Part shown: positions 1 through 12,528 of the stretch, one piece after another
Numbering within the stretch: position 1 is the stretch's first letter
Layout of the letters: each line of letters opens with the position of its first letter
NCBI RefSeq assembly: GCF_001194135.2
Contig: NC_068983.1
Coordinates: forward strand, 143,733,621 to 143,797,620
Source of the DNA: Octopus bimaculoides
Lineage: Eukaryota
Length of the DNA stretch: 64,000 bases
Direction of reading: 5' to 3'
Made by a program: the position numbers and the translations under genes
Notes under the pieces: generated by a model
Told to the model about the DNA's origin: nothing
Seen by the model: only the letters and a program-made list of their open reading frames with translations
The model's database searches: none

Positions 1-1516
1 AAGCAGATGGCTGAGATGAGTTCTGTCTTTGGTAAAAAGAAAATGAGTTTTACTTCTAAAAATATTTGCATTCATACTGAAATAATTTTGGCATTGTGTT
101 GACAAAATTAGTTGGAATAGAGACATTAGTGTGAGAACTTCTATCACGGACTATGCCCGTAGAACTTTATTTCATTGTTGGAAGGTCATAAAACACTGTT
201 TCATTATGGCCTATTTCATATAGCCTTGTTTTCTGGTTATGGCACCTCAAAACATCTGGTTGTATTGGAACCTAATGTTGCTCTTAAATTTCCGAATCAC
301 ATTATAAAAACTAGGCCAATGACATTTTAGTAGACATAATTACATTTGAAATAGCTTTTTAAGAAATTAGTTGAAAATTTCTCAAAAAGAAACAATCTAC
401 TGATTATAGTTTAGACTAGTTAGTGCTCTCACTGCCTACAGATAGGTGAACTTATTTTGGGGAGGTGTGTGGCTGGGAAAATAATTCTCTACAACTATCA
501 AAGGCATTGATGTTGTCTTGGGCAGTAAAATCCTGGACCAGATGACTAGTTTTGTAGTTTGTAGTTTAGCATTGAAATTCCATGAAGTTAGACTTTATTC
601 TTTCTGGTGTCAATAAAATAGCTACCAGTAATTTAAGGTTTATTTAATTGGTTTTCTCACAAAGGTTGAATAAAATCAATATTACATAAATACCAAAGAG
701 TAGTTGGTTGAAACAGAAGAGCACCTAACTACTTAGATTCTGCCAATGAGATATCTTATGTGATTACTTAGCCTGTTACAAACAGCAGTCAAATTGCACT
801 CAGCTTTTCTCTTTTTAGAAAAATGGAAAAAATAGGGTAAAAATATTGGTAAAGAATGGGATGATCATAGGTGTTGTATCTTGCTGAAAGGAGGGGCTCT
901 TAGTAATGAAGAGCAAGTCAAATAAGAGTATGCAAAACTTTATAAGCAACACAGCAATATATGTAGGTGAGTGAGATATTCCCCTGGCTAGAACATATTC
1001 TTCCCTTTTATAATAGCATGCTTTCAATAGCTCATTGTTTGGTTTAGCTCATTTTCCACTGCATTATTAAATGCTCAATCTCCCCCCCCCAAAAAAAAAA
1101 TGTTCAAATTTGTAGGACAAGTAAACTCTTTTCATTCAAAAACAGGCAGCAGTTTTATTGGTATGCTTTTTTTTTTTCAATACTTAGGACTCTGAGTTGG
1201 AATATCTTTGGTCATAGATTTGCCCATTCAGGGTTAACCTGGGCCTGAACAACAGAAGCCTTTTATTGTGTTTAAATCTTCCCGGATTTCTTTCATCCCT
1301 TATACTTTGATGCTCTTTAGAATAAGTAACAGTCATTTATATTACTTGATTCAGTTGGCTGTAAGCTCCTCTAAAATAATTGAGCTTGTTTGTAGTTGTG
1401 TAAAATAAATAAAATAAATATATATTTCTTTTAAAATAGGCACATGATTAATTTTCCACTTTATGTAAATTCTGTCTTTTCATGTCATTGATGTTTACTT
1501 TTATTTTGTATTTCAG

Positions 1517-1673
1517 TCAATGAAGGCACTGGTGTTACTGCCCGTCCAAATTATAACTCTTTCATACATGCTGTACGGTCAATTGTGTGTTCCCAAGGAT
1601 TCACTGGACTTTATCAAGGGGTTTCAGCAAACTGTTTAGGGGCTGGCATGGCCTGGGGAATATACTTCTTTGT
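1517..1673 (+). CDS. SLC25A32: SLC25A32-like mitochondrial folate/FAD carrier, first exon in window (probably exon 2)
   Basis: tttcag acceptor and gtaagt donor. Translates (V)NEGTGVTARPNYNSFIHAVRSIVCSQGFTGLYQGVSANCLGAGMAWGIYFF(V), which aligns with the human RPKYNGILHCL...[22 protein letters not shown] segment. 157 nt, phase 1 to phase 2. Confidence 0.95.
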
Positions 1674-2087
1674 GTAAGTACAACACACCTATTGTATTTT
1701 CTTTTAGTATTTGTTTTATGTCCATTTTGCTATGTAGCATAAGTTGGATGGGAATATATTTTGTTGAAATTATGAAGAAAAATGTAATATTATTATTGTG
1801 AGTTTAACTTTTTGTTAGACATTAATTAGCTTGGACAATAGATATAACTTACAACTAGTCAAGCTATTCCAAATATGGTAATGTATTTGACAGAGGAAAA
1901 TATGGCTACAATTCAGTTAATGTGCGAGCCTATTTAGGTATAGAAATGTGGAGAAAGTGCATATTATATATATGAATAAACATAGTGTTTGTGTGTGTGT
2001 GTGTGTGTGTATCATTGTTTAATATCTGTCTTATACACACACTTAGACACACACGCACACACATGTATGCATGTATGTATATGCATT

Positions 2088-3130
2088 GTCACTTTCTGGG
2101 GTCTCAGGTGGTTTTGGGTTTTTCAGCATCAGTCCCCTTCCTATTTGACCGTGTAGGGATTGATCAAGTCCCTGCTTGCATTCCAGCAGCAGAAAAGTAC
2201 TGGTTTGCCCTCTTTATCCAAAGCCACCTAGAAGCTTTGTCTATAGCTTCAATGATGAATTTATTGCTCTCCTCTTTTCTGTACCAGTAATTATAAACAC
2301 TATTAGATCCTTGCAGAGTGAAGACCCAAGAAAATCTCATGTCTACTAGGATTGTTGGGGTTTTGTGGAGTGTTCACTCTGCAACAGACCTACCAACCCC
2401 TGGTTTCTGCTCTTCTATACTAACTTCTGGTATTTGGCAAGCCTCCTCTCCATGTGTTCTTCTCAAGGCACAGTTTCCACGTGATCACTTGTTTGGAATT
2501 TGAGATCTCTATGTCTGGGTGTAATATTGTTGATATAATATATTTTGGAAACTTTTCCACTTTCAGCTATCTGTGTAAAGCTGTGAGAAGTAGGCATAGA
2601 TTCTTGTTTCAGTGAGCTAGGCTTCTCCCCACCTTAGAGAAAAGTGATTGCTTTCTTTGTTTGAGTTATTTACTGGGGCTGAATGGCTATGGATGTCACT
2701 TACACAACCACCTTGAGCACTTGGTCATGTCACCAGTGGTAGCAACCATTTCCTAAGGCTCTAGGGTAGTAACTGAGGACATGTTGAAGGAGCCTTTTTT
2801 TCAGTACACAAGGGAAAGCAGGCTGCTTCCTTCTTATCCCATTGAAGGTTTGTTAGACTTAGTAAAGTATCGTAGACAGCATGCATCAGAAATCTGATGT
2901 GTTGGATGTCAACCTGCCATTGATCTGACCAAGTTATGTTATATTTACTGTATTTTGACCCACCTGCTCCAGGCCCCTTTTTGGCCTAGTCCCACCAATC
3001 TGCTAGCTACTTACAACATCAGTGATTGTTTATTCACTGTTTTTGTATGTATTGGTGGTGATGGATTTTGTGTAAGATGTTGGCTGTGAGTACACAAGCT
3101 CCTCTACAGCAAGAAACCTACCCTGCCTCA
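2088..3130 (-). mobile_element. Decayed 3' part of a HERO-like (R2-group, restriction-like endonuclease) non-LTR retrotransposon
   Basis: Minus-strand translation through stops and frameshifts gives GAWSRW...ITWSDQW...IRFLMHAVYDTL, HVLSYYPRALGNGCYHW*HDQVL (CCHC/RHD region), LHPDI...KQVI..ETVP*EE (PD-(D/E)xK endonuclease) and EAIDKASRWLWIKR. Confidence 0.7.
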
Positions 3131-3355
3131 TTCTCTCATGCTTTTATCCCTCATCTTTTAGCATAAAACTGCCCTCCTCTCCTCAGGGTTTGTAGTCTTC
3201 CAAGCTAAATGGTGATCTCACTAGTGCTGGTAACATGAAAAAAGAGCACCTAGTACCATGGAAAATATGCTGACATGCCAACACTGTATATGGAGTATGA
3301 AAATGATAATGATGGGTGGATGTGTGTGTGTGTGTGTGTATATTATACATGTACA

Positions 3356-3620
3356 TAACGTGATCATGTGACTGACCAGATTATCAGATGTTATACATCA
3401 CTGGTCACAATGTGCTTTGCATTGTTTTAGCTTTCAGATGACACTATCCTGCTTGCTAGGTTAGCAGGCTAACATACCCCACTGATCACAAGGTAGACTG
3501 GAGCAATGTGAAATGAAGTGTTTTGTTCAAGAACACAATGCGCTGCCCAGTCTGGGTATCAAACCCATGGTCTAGTGATCGTGAGTGCAACAGCCTAACT
3601 ATTAGGCCACACCCTTCACA
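3356..3620 (-). mobile_element. tRNA-derived SINE
   Basis: The reverse complement begins with tRNA-like A/B boxes (tggcctaatagtta...gggtttgatacc), followed by the ttcttgaacaaaacacttcat..ttgctccagt core shared with copies at 9476 and 59395. Confidence 0.7.
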
Positions 3621-4410
3621 TACATGCACAGGTATAATTAATAGTATATTATCACTCTTTGTTATATGCTTGTAGTGGCACAGTTCTGGAGAGATTGGTG
3701 TTTCTACAATGCCGCAGAGTTTTTAGTGCATATTTTACTTACCACTGTCTTAACATTTGGTGATCAAAAGGATTATGACTTTTTGCTTTTCATAATTAGA
3801 AGATATTGTGTACTTCAATTTTAACTGGAGAAAAGGGAACCTTTTTTTGGTTGGTAGAAGCATGATTTGTTTTGATCTATTCCCTCTCTGCTCAATCTTG
3901 ACAGTTTGGGCCATGTAGAGTGGCTTTTCTTGGGATTTCTTTTTTACTCTACTGTATATATTTTGTTGATTTAAAAAAAAAAAAATGATTATCTTAGATT
4001 TTCACAGCTGTCATCATTTGTCTTGTTTATTATATAAGTTGGTTTCTTTATCTTGTTTATGCAGTTTCTAGATATTTATGTTGGCTGCTCTCATGATTTT
4101 CTAATTTTACACAAGATAATTAATCACATTTATATTGAAGTTGCTCCCTATCCCTACTTCCTTATGCTCAGCATAATTTGTGTTATTGGTTACTTTTGTG
4201 TGGTAAAATGCTGTACTTTAGAAAAACATCTACTACAGTCTCAGGCTGACTGAATTTCACTCTACTGAACTTCAGTAATGAGTGGTATTTAGTTGACTGA
4301 AATTTTGGTCAATGACTTTTACATTTGTTTTTTCTATGCTAGCATGGGTTAGACAAATGAATTAGACAAAAATTAAAGCATTGTTTTACAGCTGGATGGT
4401 CTTTGTACAT

Positions 4411-4620
4411 TATAGAAAAGGTGGTGCTGAAAAGTTCCTGACTTTGGGTAACAGAAAATACAGGAGGATCAGTTAATTATGATTTTATCCAACATATTCC
4501 CCTCTCAGATTCACACACTTATTGTAGTGGTCCTTCAGTTTTTCTAAGCCCTGTAAAAGAACTTGGAAAGCCTTTTGCAATACCTGTGAATCCAGGAACA
4601 TTTCAGTACCCCCTCCTATA
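4411..4620. mobile_element. Mariner-derived MITE (about 210 bp)
   Basis: Imperfect TIRs tatagaaaaggtggtgctgaaaagttcctg / ccaggaacatttcagtaccccctcctata, with TA at both ends. The interior reads FFTGLEKLKDHYNKCVNLRGEYVG* on the minus strand, a mariner transposase C-terminus. Confidence 0.75.
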
Positions 4621-4623
4621 GAT

Positions 4624-5045
4624 TATCATCATTGTTTTAACATTTACTTTTCCATGCTTGCATGGTCAAACAGAATCCATTGAGCTAGATTCTTCTATGA
4701 CCAGATGTCCTTCCTTGTTTCCAAGTATGGTAATATTCCCCAAATCCCTTTGAACACAAATTGCTCAATGGCCGTACATATTTTTGTAGAAGACTGGAAA
4801 TGAGTGATAATGCTTGTATGATGGTGAAGCTTGTTTATAACTAGGATGCAATGTCAAGAAAAGGGGGACACAAACACACAGGCATATACGCAGTGGGTTT
4901 CTTTCAGTTTCTTTTGATTAAATCCACTCATAAGGCTTTGCTGACCTGGAGGTATAATAGGAGGAGACACTTGCCTCAGGTGTTATAGTGAGCCTGAACT
5001 TGAAACCATGTGGCTGTGAAGTGACCTTGACCAGGCCTGTGCTAG
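4624..5045 (-). mobile_element. Composite SINE (family A): tRNA-like head, microsatellite middle, RTE-like (ATG)n tail
   Basis: Head matches other copies (aaatccactca..aaggcttt...gacacttgcc.aggtg...gaaaccatgtgg); tail reads catcatt..ttaacat...ttccatgcttgcatgg. Confidence 0.7.
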
Positions 5046-6610
5046 TGTCTCTAGTTATGTTAACTGGTATTGAGATGTTTTTCTTTATGTCAGTAACATA
5101 AGCTTAGTGATTTGATAAATACGGATTGATAAAATAAATACCAGACTGAAATAAATATTGTTCAACTGGTCCAATTTAGGAAATGTACACCATGTATGTT
5201 GTAAGAGACTTGGTGTTAGGAAAGGGATCCTGCAGTAAAACACTGTCTCAAAAAGGGTTCCACAATAGTATAATACACGGGCATAGTTCAATGCAAAGTA
5301 CCTTGTGGGAGTCTCCTCTTTCTCTTATCAAACAATGGGGAATCTGGTTTGAAGTAAGAAAGGAATTCAATCCATTTCTGATGTATAAATGCTTGATATC
5401 TTTTGTGGAGATTGCTATATAATGTTTAGGCAGTGGAATGTCAGACACTGAGATCTAAGTGGTGGAAGCATTGATCAAAAAGAAGAATGGACATATGTTG
5501 TGTGCAGAAGCTGAGATGGAAGAGGTAATGGGGAGGTAGACAATATAGGTATTCATCAACTTGCTGTGTTCTGTTCCAACTTATAGGTTTTTTTGTTGGT
5601 GTGTGTTTGTGTACATGGATATTGCACATAAGTTTCTAGTGTGTACTGTATTTTGTAGCATGTCTTATTTTACCTTTTTATATATTATATGTTTTAATAT
5701 AGTTTACTTTTTCTTTAATTTGCTTATTATTTTATTTTATATTACAATAGAGATTACACACACCTGTTTAAATAACTATGAATATATTTGCATGAAACTT
5801 ATATAATATCAGGTTACTGGTTAAAAATAGAAAGTATGGTGTGTGTGCATGATATGTAAATTCTCTGCTTATGTAAAAAATCAATTGCATTAATATACTG
5901 GTATTTTTTATTTTAGTTTTATAAACTGCTTTTCAAAACATTTAGTATAGCTCTTAGTTTATGATTAACATTTTGTTTCAAACTTATACATTTCTTTGGT
6001 GGATATAATCTTCACTGGAATGTCTTTTGGCTTTGGATTTTTTTGTAGCATAAGTGTATTCTTTCTTATTTGAAGCTATTTCATCTCACCTATGCTGCTA
6101 ATTCTCTTGAGAAAGATTTTATCACCACGTTTTATTTCTTCCTCTTTCATAAATCACTAATTTTGTGCTTATATAATACAGTATAGATCTCTTCAAAGAC
6201 AAAAAAAATTTTCTCTGTTGATCAATATTGATATTGGAATTGTAGTTAATAGGATAAAATGCAGAAATAAATATTTGTCATGCTGAAAAAGATGTTAATA
6301 TCACTAGGTACCTGTTCACATAATTCATTGCCTTCAACTGGTTTGTTACAGAGCGCTTTCTGTCAGATGTTAAGTATGATGGAAGGATATTGTAACTTTG
6401 ACAGCTTGTCAACTCTGGGAAAATAATTAACCCTTATGCCCCTAGAACATTGTCAATTCCCACAACTGAAATTTAGGATACAAATTATTTGTCAAACCCA
6501 TCATGATTTATACAGAGAAATTTCCTCAGTAACTTAGTACATAGAACATTAAGCTTACTCCCAATGTTCATGAGTAATATATTGCATTTTATCTAGATAA
6601 AAACTGACTC

Positions 6611-6790
6611 ATCATCATCATTTAGTGTCCATTTTCCATGCTGGCATGAGTTGTATGGTTTGACTGGAACTGGTAAACTGGAGAGCTGCGCACCAGGCTC
6701 CAATCTATTTTGGTCTGGTTTCCATGTTAGGAAAGGTTAGATGCCCTTCCAAACACCAACAACTCCACAGAGTGTACTGGGTGCCTTTTG
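6611..6790 (-). mobile_element. 5'-truncated RTE-type 3' UTR fragment
   Basis: (CAT)n then ttagtgtccattttccatgctggcatg...ccaggctccaatct...gatgcccttcc...accaac, shared with the RTE copy at 24795. Confidence 0.7.
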
Positions 6791-7758
6791 TGTGCCTTGA
6801 ATACAAAAATTTATCAGTATGTATGTATGTCTACACACACACACACATTGAAATGAATAGAATGCAAAAAGACCTGTTAACATTGATGGTTTCTTTGTAT
6901 CTATCTCAGTCTTTGACTGGTCGATTTTATTTAGGTTGAGAAAGAAAAAAGTATTGACAGCTTGTTAACTCTTGGGAAATGAATTTTCTAAGATGTTGAT
7001 ATAAGATTAAAGAGAGTGTAAATTAATTTATAGCTTCAGTATGTTTATCTGGTAGCAATACAAAAACTGGTTGAAGTCATACATATCAAGTATGAATAAA
7101 AATATTAATCTACTACCCTTAATCATACCAAAGCTTATCATGATTTCAATTAATGGTTAGAAAATTTCTTTTGATATGTCATTCTTATAAGTAGCTGTAT
7201 TCTTGCATTCATCATCTTGCTACTGTTTGATCTGATTCCTCTTTCATTTTCTTTTATTCTTTCTCTGTCTGAATTTCCAGTCTTTGATTGTGTTTAAGAC
7301 TGATAAATGGAGCCATTGTACATAAATGTAATTAGTCCACAATCGCTGATAGGTTTTACACAGCATAATTTTAAGATTGTCATTCTCTTTTTGTTCTGCT
7401 CAAGTTAAACAACTAAACTTAGTCACAAGAACTAGTAGGCTAGAAATGGTCTTTGTGTGCACTTATTGTGCTTGAATTAACAACTAGAATGATGCATGTT
7501 ACTATGTCATGTGATGAATTTGAATGTTTATAGTGGGGATCTTTTCAACACAAAAACAGCATGATAGAAGGAACAGAAGTATGATAAAAGGTTGAAGACT
7601 ATTTAGTTGATATTAGGAAGGAAGACGACCAGGTTGAGAACTAGTAGAAAGTTTATTGAGAACAATAGTGAGTGAGAAGAAAATAAAAAGCTAAAATTAA
7701 AGGTATTGTGAGTATGTGTGTGCACACATACACATTGCAAGAAATAAGGCTAGGAAAA

Positions 7759-7806
<48 letters not shown>

Positions 7807-8130
7807 AATAATAAACTTTCAACAGGAAGAGAAGGGAATGTTTTAGAAACAGTTTGTGGACAATTGATTGTATTAGGAATGTGTATTTAGATATTTATAT
7901 TGGAGTGTAAACCTGTGACCAAGGTTATATATTTGTAAAAAATAAATAAATAAATAAATAAAAATCTAGAAAGGTATGTCATTTAGGGGAAGGTAGGAGG
8001 AAAAGCTGGTGAACATGGGAAATGGTAGTTGTTGTGTAGCACTCATGGATGAAATATCTGAAATTAGTCTCAACTACCCAGAGTTACATCCTTTGATAAT
8101 AAACATTAAAATTTGACTTGTCATAGAATG

Positions 8131-9065
8131 TACGAGGGTCAGCTGTAAAGTTCATAGGCTGACTGAGATACTCTCTTGGAATATGACCAAATGAAGCTTA
8201 TTTTTCAACATACTCTCCCATGCAGTCCACACACTTCTTCCATCAGTGTTGCAGTGCTTGAATCCCATTGGTAAAGAAGCTTTCATTCTGTTGATCAAAA
8301 ACATCATCAACAGTAGATATAATGTTATCATCATTACGATACTGGTTCTCACCAAGTGTTTATTCATGTTAAAGAATACATGATAATCAGATGGGGCCAA
8401 ATCAGGAGCATAAGGAGGCTTATCAACCAGTTCATAGCTACAGTCACACACAGCAACCATTGAAACCAAGGACTTGGGTACTGGTGCACTGTCCTGATGA
8501 AATAAAACCCTTTTCCATCAGTTTTCCTGGGCGTTTAGTCTTGATAGCCTTTCATAACTGTCTCAGCAAGTTGGCACAGTGTTCTTCATTGATGTTGTGG
8601 TCCTTTTGAAGATAATCCATAAACACAATGCCTTTTACATCCCAAAAACCTGAGGCTATCACCTTACCTGCAGATAAAACAATCTTGGCCTTCTTTGAAA
8701 CAGGTGAAAGGGTGGAGTGGTGTTTCCACTACATGGATTGTCTCTGTTTCTGGCTCAAAGTGATAAACTCAACATTCATCTTGGGTTAGGAAATGTTGAA
8801 GGAAACCAGCTGGATCTGCTCAAACAATGTCAGACTTTCTTGTAATGTGATCAGCCTGGTATGCTTCTGATCAAGTGTCAGAAGACATGATACACACTGA
8901 ACAGAAACCTTCATCATACCAATTTCATTGTGCAGAATATTTGCAACTCTCTCACAGGACATGCTAATAACATTGACTCTTTGATTTATAGTCAATCACC
9001 TCTCATCCATCACCATGTGGTGAAGACAAACAATGTTTTGCTCAACGGTTTGCTCTCCTAAATTC
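8131..9065 (-). pseudogene. Decayed mariner transposon (Hsmar2/irritans-like TIR), one end missing
   Basis: TA followed by CGAGGGTCAGCTGTAAAGTTCATAGG TIR at 8131. Minus-strand fragments KPPYAPDLAPSDYHVF and ILHNEIGMMKVSVQCVSCLLTLDQK match the mariner YSPDLAPSD and KVSARWVP..LT..QK motifs. The other TIR was not found. Confidence 0.85.
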
Positions 9066-9475
9066 AGCTGCTCGCTGTTATTTATAAATTTGTGTGTCCT
9101 TATTTGATTCTAGTATTTTAAACTCAATATATTTAATAAAATAAGTTAACTTCATAAAATAATCTATATGCCCAAAGATAGAATTTAACTGTAACAAGCC
9201 TCAATACACAATTTTTGAAATACTGTTGTGGCTCTAACATTGTTGCAGCACCATAATGGAGAATGGGGAAGTGGTCACAGCTTAGGATGAAAAGTTCTTC
9301 CTTGCTGATAGGCCCTATCTTTTTGTTCAATTGATCTGCAGGTATTTTGTGTATTTGAGGCAGTATATTTACATTTATATATACCAGTTCATTTAGCTCT
9401 ATGATAAGTTTCAGTTTATCTGAGAATGTTATGTGATATGCTATTGACAGTTTGTAATTTGCTTAATGTCAAGAG

Positions 9476-9800
9476 TGAAGGCGCATGGCTTAGTGGTTAG
9501 GGTATTTGGTTCCTGATCATATGGTCACGAGTTCAGTTCCCAACGACATGTTGTGTCTTTGAGTAAGACTTTATTTCATGTTGCTCCAGTCCATTCAGCT
9601 GGCAAAAACGAGCAGTTACTGTATTTCAAAGGGCTACCCATGTCACACTCTGTGTCATGCTGATTCTCTCTGAGAATTACGTTAAAGGTATACATGTTTG
9701 TGGAGTGCTCAGCCACTTGCATGTTAGTTTCACGAACAGGCTGCTTCATTATTCAGATCAACTGGAACCCTTGTCGTCCTAACCAACAGAGTGCAAGTCA
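9476..9800 (+). mobile_element. tRNA-derived SINE
   Basis: A box tggcttagtggtta, B-box-like gagttcagttcc, then the shared core gtgtctttgagtaagactttatttcatgttgctccagt. Confidence 0.75.
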
Positions 9801-10240
9801 GTGTCAAGAAGTTTGAGTGATCTATTGGCTCTTACAAACATCCCCAAGGCCTATATCTAGTGTGAACCAGTTGACAAATATTGAGTTAAAATATTACTGT
9901 TTGATCTGATAGAAGTGTAATGAAATGATACAGTAAATCAGGTTTTTGTTTTTTACTTGGGGCATTTTTCTCACTTGGCAACTGCTGTTCTGTTCATGTT
10001 TGCTTTCACTACTGTTTTGCTGAGTTTACTCCTTTCTTTAGCTTGTTCTGTTGTCTCTCTGTTTATCTAATTCTCTTCCTCACATACTTTGTTCTTGAGT
10101 TACCCCAGTCTGGTTTACAGTTTTGAACCTTAGCTTTCTATTATTTCTATATGCCAGAACAAATTATTTCCCACAAACTATGTCCATAATTGGCAGTAAA
10201 AAACTGAAAGTAAAACATGTATAGCTGATATGTATATATT

Positions 10241-10450
10241 GGAAGGCAGCAAACTGGCAGAATCATTAGCACACTGGGCAAAATGCTTAGCAGCATTTCA
10301 TCTGTCTTTATGTTCTGAGTTCAAATCCTGCTGAGGTTGACTTTGCCTTTCATCTTTTGGGGCTGATAAAATAAGTACCAGCTGAACACTGGGGCCAAAA
10401 TAATCAACTTACTCCCTCCTCTGAACTTACTAGCCTTGTGCTCAAATTTG
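10241..10450 (+). mobile_element. tRNA-derived SINE (family B)
   Basis: ggaaggcagcaaactggcagaatcattagcac...ttctgagttcaaatcc..gaggttgactttgcctttcatc..gataaaataagtaccag; related copies at 43005 (-), 52375 and 52780. Confidence 0.75.
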
Positions 10451-10454
10451 AAAT

Positions 10455-10506
<52 letters not shown>

Positions 10507-11200
10507 TTGGAAATAATATCAATGAATTGTTTGCTCTTTGTATGTGCAACTGTAGTTGGCAGGAAGGTTAGTATTCATTGGAGTTCACAGATTTACGTCA
10601 TTTATGTTAACATTTGGTAAGTCACCATAATTTGTCACCAAAACCTGCAAACTTCTGTCAAAATTTGCCACCAGATATGTGGCCAGTCATGATTTTCTTT
10701 GCTGTAATTAAGCCTCTGATAACACCTGCCTGATAACCTTGATTTGGGAAGTCTTTAGCAGATATCAAATCCATCACCTACATTTGTCATTTACAGTGTT
10801 GGTAAGTAGTTTGTAGTGATGTACCTTTTCACTCTACATATAACAAAATAGTAAATTCTTGACTGACAACCTCCTGTTTCTGGTTACCATATGATATTCT
10901 GGTGTATACTATATGGTAACTAGATGGCTTTGGATAGGTTGGTTAAAATATGTTAAGGCATTGTTAATGAAGAAACTTTTTTTTACATTAGTTACATTTA
11001 ATAACTTCTTATCCCTGGTATAATTTTGTGATTAAGATAGTACAAAATGTTTGACTTCTGTAACTTTACTGTAAACCTTACTTTTGATCAGATTTGTTTG
11101 TGGGGCATGCAATGTGTATTCTGATTATATCTTGAACTTTTGCAACATCATTGTGTGTGTGTGTGTGTGTGTTTAAGTATTTCATATTAACATTTTGAAT

Positions 11201-11476
11201 GTGTGGTTAAGAAGTTTGTTTCTTAATCACTTGGTTTGTTCCATTATGTGATGGAACCTCTGTCAAAATTTGCCACCAGATATGTGGCCAGTCATGATTT
11301 TCTTCGCCGTAATTAAGCCTCTAATAACACCTGCCTGATAATCTTGATTTTAGGAAGTCTTTTAGCAGGTATGGAAGTTGCAGGCACGAGCCCGAGTGAA
11401 GCTGACTGCAGGTGCAGATCTCGGAGGTAGTAGCAAATCACAATAAGTGGGTTTGGTAGATGGAAATTGAAAGCAG
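11201..11476 (+). mobile_element. Family A SINE split by a templated insertion
   Basis: Head gtgtggttaagaagtttg at 11201 and tail gtgggtttggtagatggaaattgaaag at about 11445-11476, separated by non-SINE sequence. Confidence 0.6.
11373..11438 (+). rRNA. Short 28S (LSU) rRNA pseudogene fragment
   Basis: gcaggtgcagatctcggaggtagtagcaaat differs at 2 of 31 positions from the conserved LSU segment GCAGGTGCAGATCTTGGTGGTAGTAGCAAAT (the LR7/LR7R primer site). The upstream gcacgagcccgagtgaagc also resembles LSU. Confidence 0.75.
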
Positions 11477-11818
11477 TGTGTGTGTGTGTGTATAATACAC
11501 ACACATTTGTGTATATTTCCTTGATTTTGATAGCATACAACAGTAGTAAATAAATGCTGCCTTCGTCATTTGTTTCCAGTATTCTGTGTAAACATATCTG
11601 GCTAGAGGGAATATTATCTTGTTTGGAGTCATGTTCTTGTTGGCAATAAGAAGGGCCTCTTACCATAGAAAATTTGCCTCAATAAATTCTTTCTGACACG
11701 TATATGGAAAAGTAGACACTAAAATGATGATAATATTTACATTTTTACTTAAACAATTTTTTTAATTAAAAAATGATTTTTATTGTGTGATTCATTGTTT
11801 TATTTTATTTCATTTTAG

Positions 11819-11907
11819 ATATAACTATGCCAAAACACAAATGCAAGCTGGCGATCAGAAAGTTTCTCTAGGTGCTAGTAGCCATATTTTGGCTGCTAGT
11901 CAAGCAG
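11819..11907 (+). CDS. SLC25A32: SLC25A32-like carrier exon (probably exon 3)
   Basis: cattttag acceptor and gtaagt donor. Translates YNYAKTQMQAGDQKVSLGASSHILAASQA(G). 89 nt; phase is compatible with both neighbouring exons. Confidence 0.93.
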
Positions 11908-12242
11908 GTAAGTAAATATTAATACTTATTACATATATTTGCTTGTGAGTATATATTTTTCAGGGATGCATGTAAAAGTTTATAATATTCAAACCATCAC
12001 CATTTTCATCAGATTTTTAATGTTATCCTATCTGCTTATTTAGTTGAATATTTTTACAGCAGGATAGGAAACTTGCTAGTATAAAATAATTCTTGTTTGA
12101 TTTCAACCATTTAGACATTGGGAACAAGCTCTGTTAATTGTACATAATACCAGTGCAAGAGCCTTTAAGCAGTCATTTGACTTGCTAGTAATAACAAACA
12201 AATCTTTAAGTTATACCCCACTATCTTAAAAAAAGAAAAAAA

Positions 12243-12528
12243 GAAGTGGTGGTTTGCGGACTAGTGCCAGTCTGCGAGCCATCAGCTGCCAGTATGTGCT
12301 GAGTTTTCAGAAAAGAACGAAACATTATAAAATGCTTATGTAATATTGTATTATATATTTACAAAATAAATATAAGATTAAAAAAAAAAGTCAACTTTTA
12401 TTATATTCATTATATATATTGTTTCCAGTATAAATTAATGTTACTAAGAAATATTACTGGTCCCTGGCACATTGGAAAAAAAAAAAAAACCTACCTGTAT
12501 GCCACATCAGATAGTTTGAGAAGCACTG
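12243..12528. mobile_element. hAT/Charlie-like MITE remnant
   Basis: Right end agtttgagaagcactg is followed by the Charlie-type target GTCTAGAG; the left part is degenerate. Confidence 0.5.

Noticed and set aside
1-1516. Search for carrier exon 1 (start codon and the first PxDxxK motif)
   Set aside because: No HPLD/PLDLVK-like frame with a donor was found; exon 1 must lie upstream of the window.
6398-6979. About 25-bp direct repeat (ttgacagcttgt(c/t)aactc..gggaaa) at 6398 and 6954 as a possible TSD
   Set aside because: It is not flush with the enclosed RTE fragment and is too short and isolated to interpret.
7763-7804. About 42-nt poly-A as the tail of a retrocopy
   Set aside because: No recognisable retroposed body or TSD upstream.
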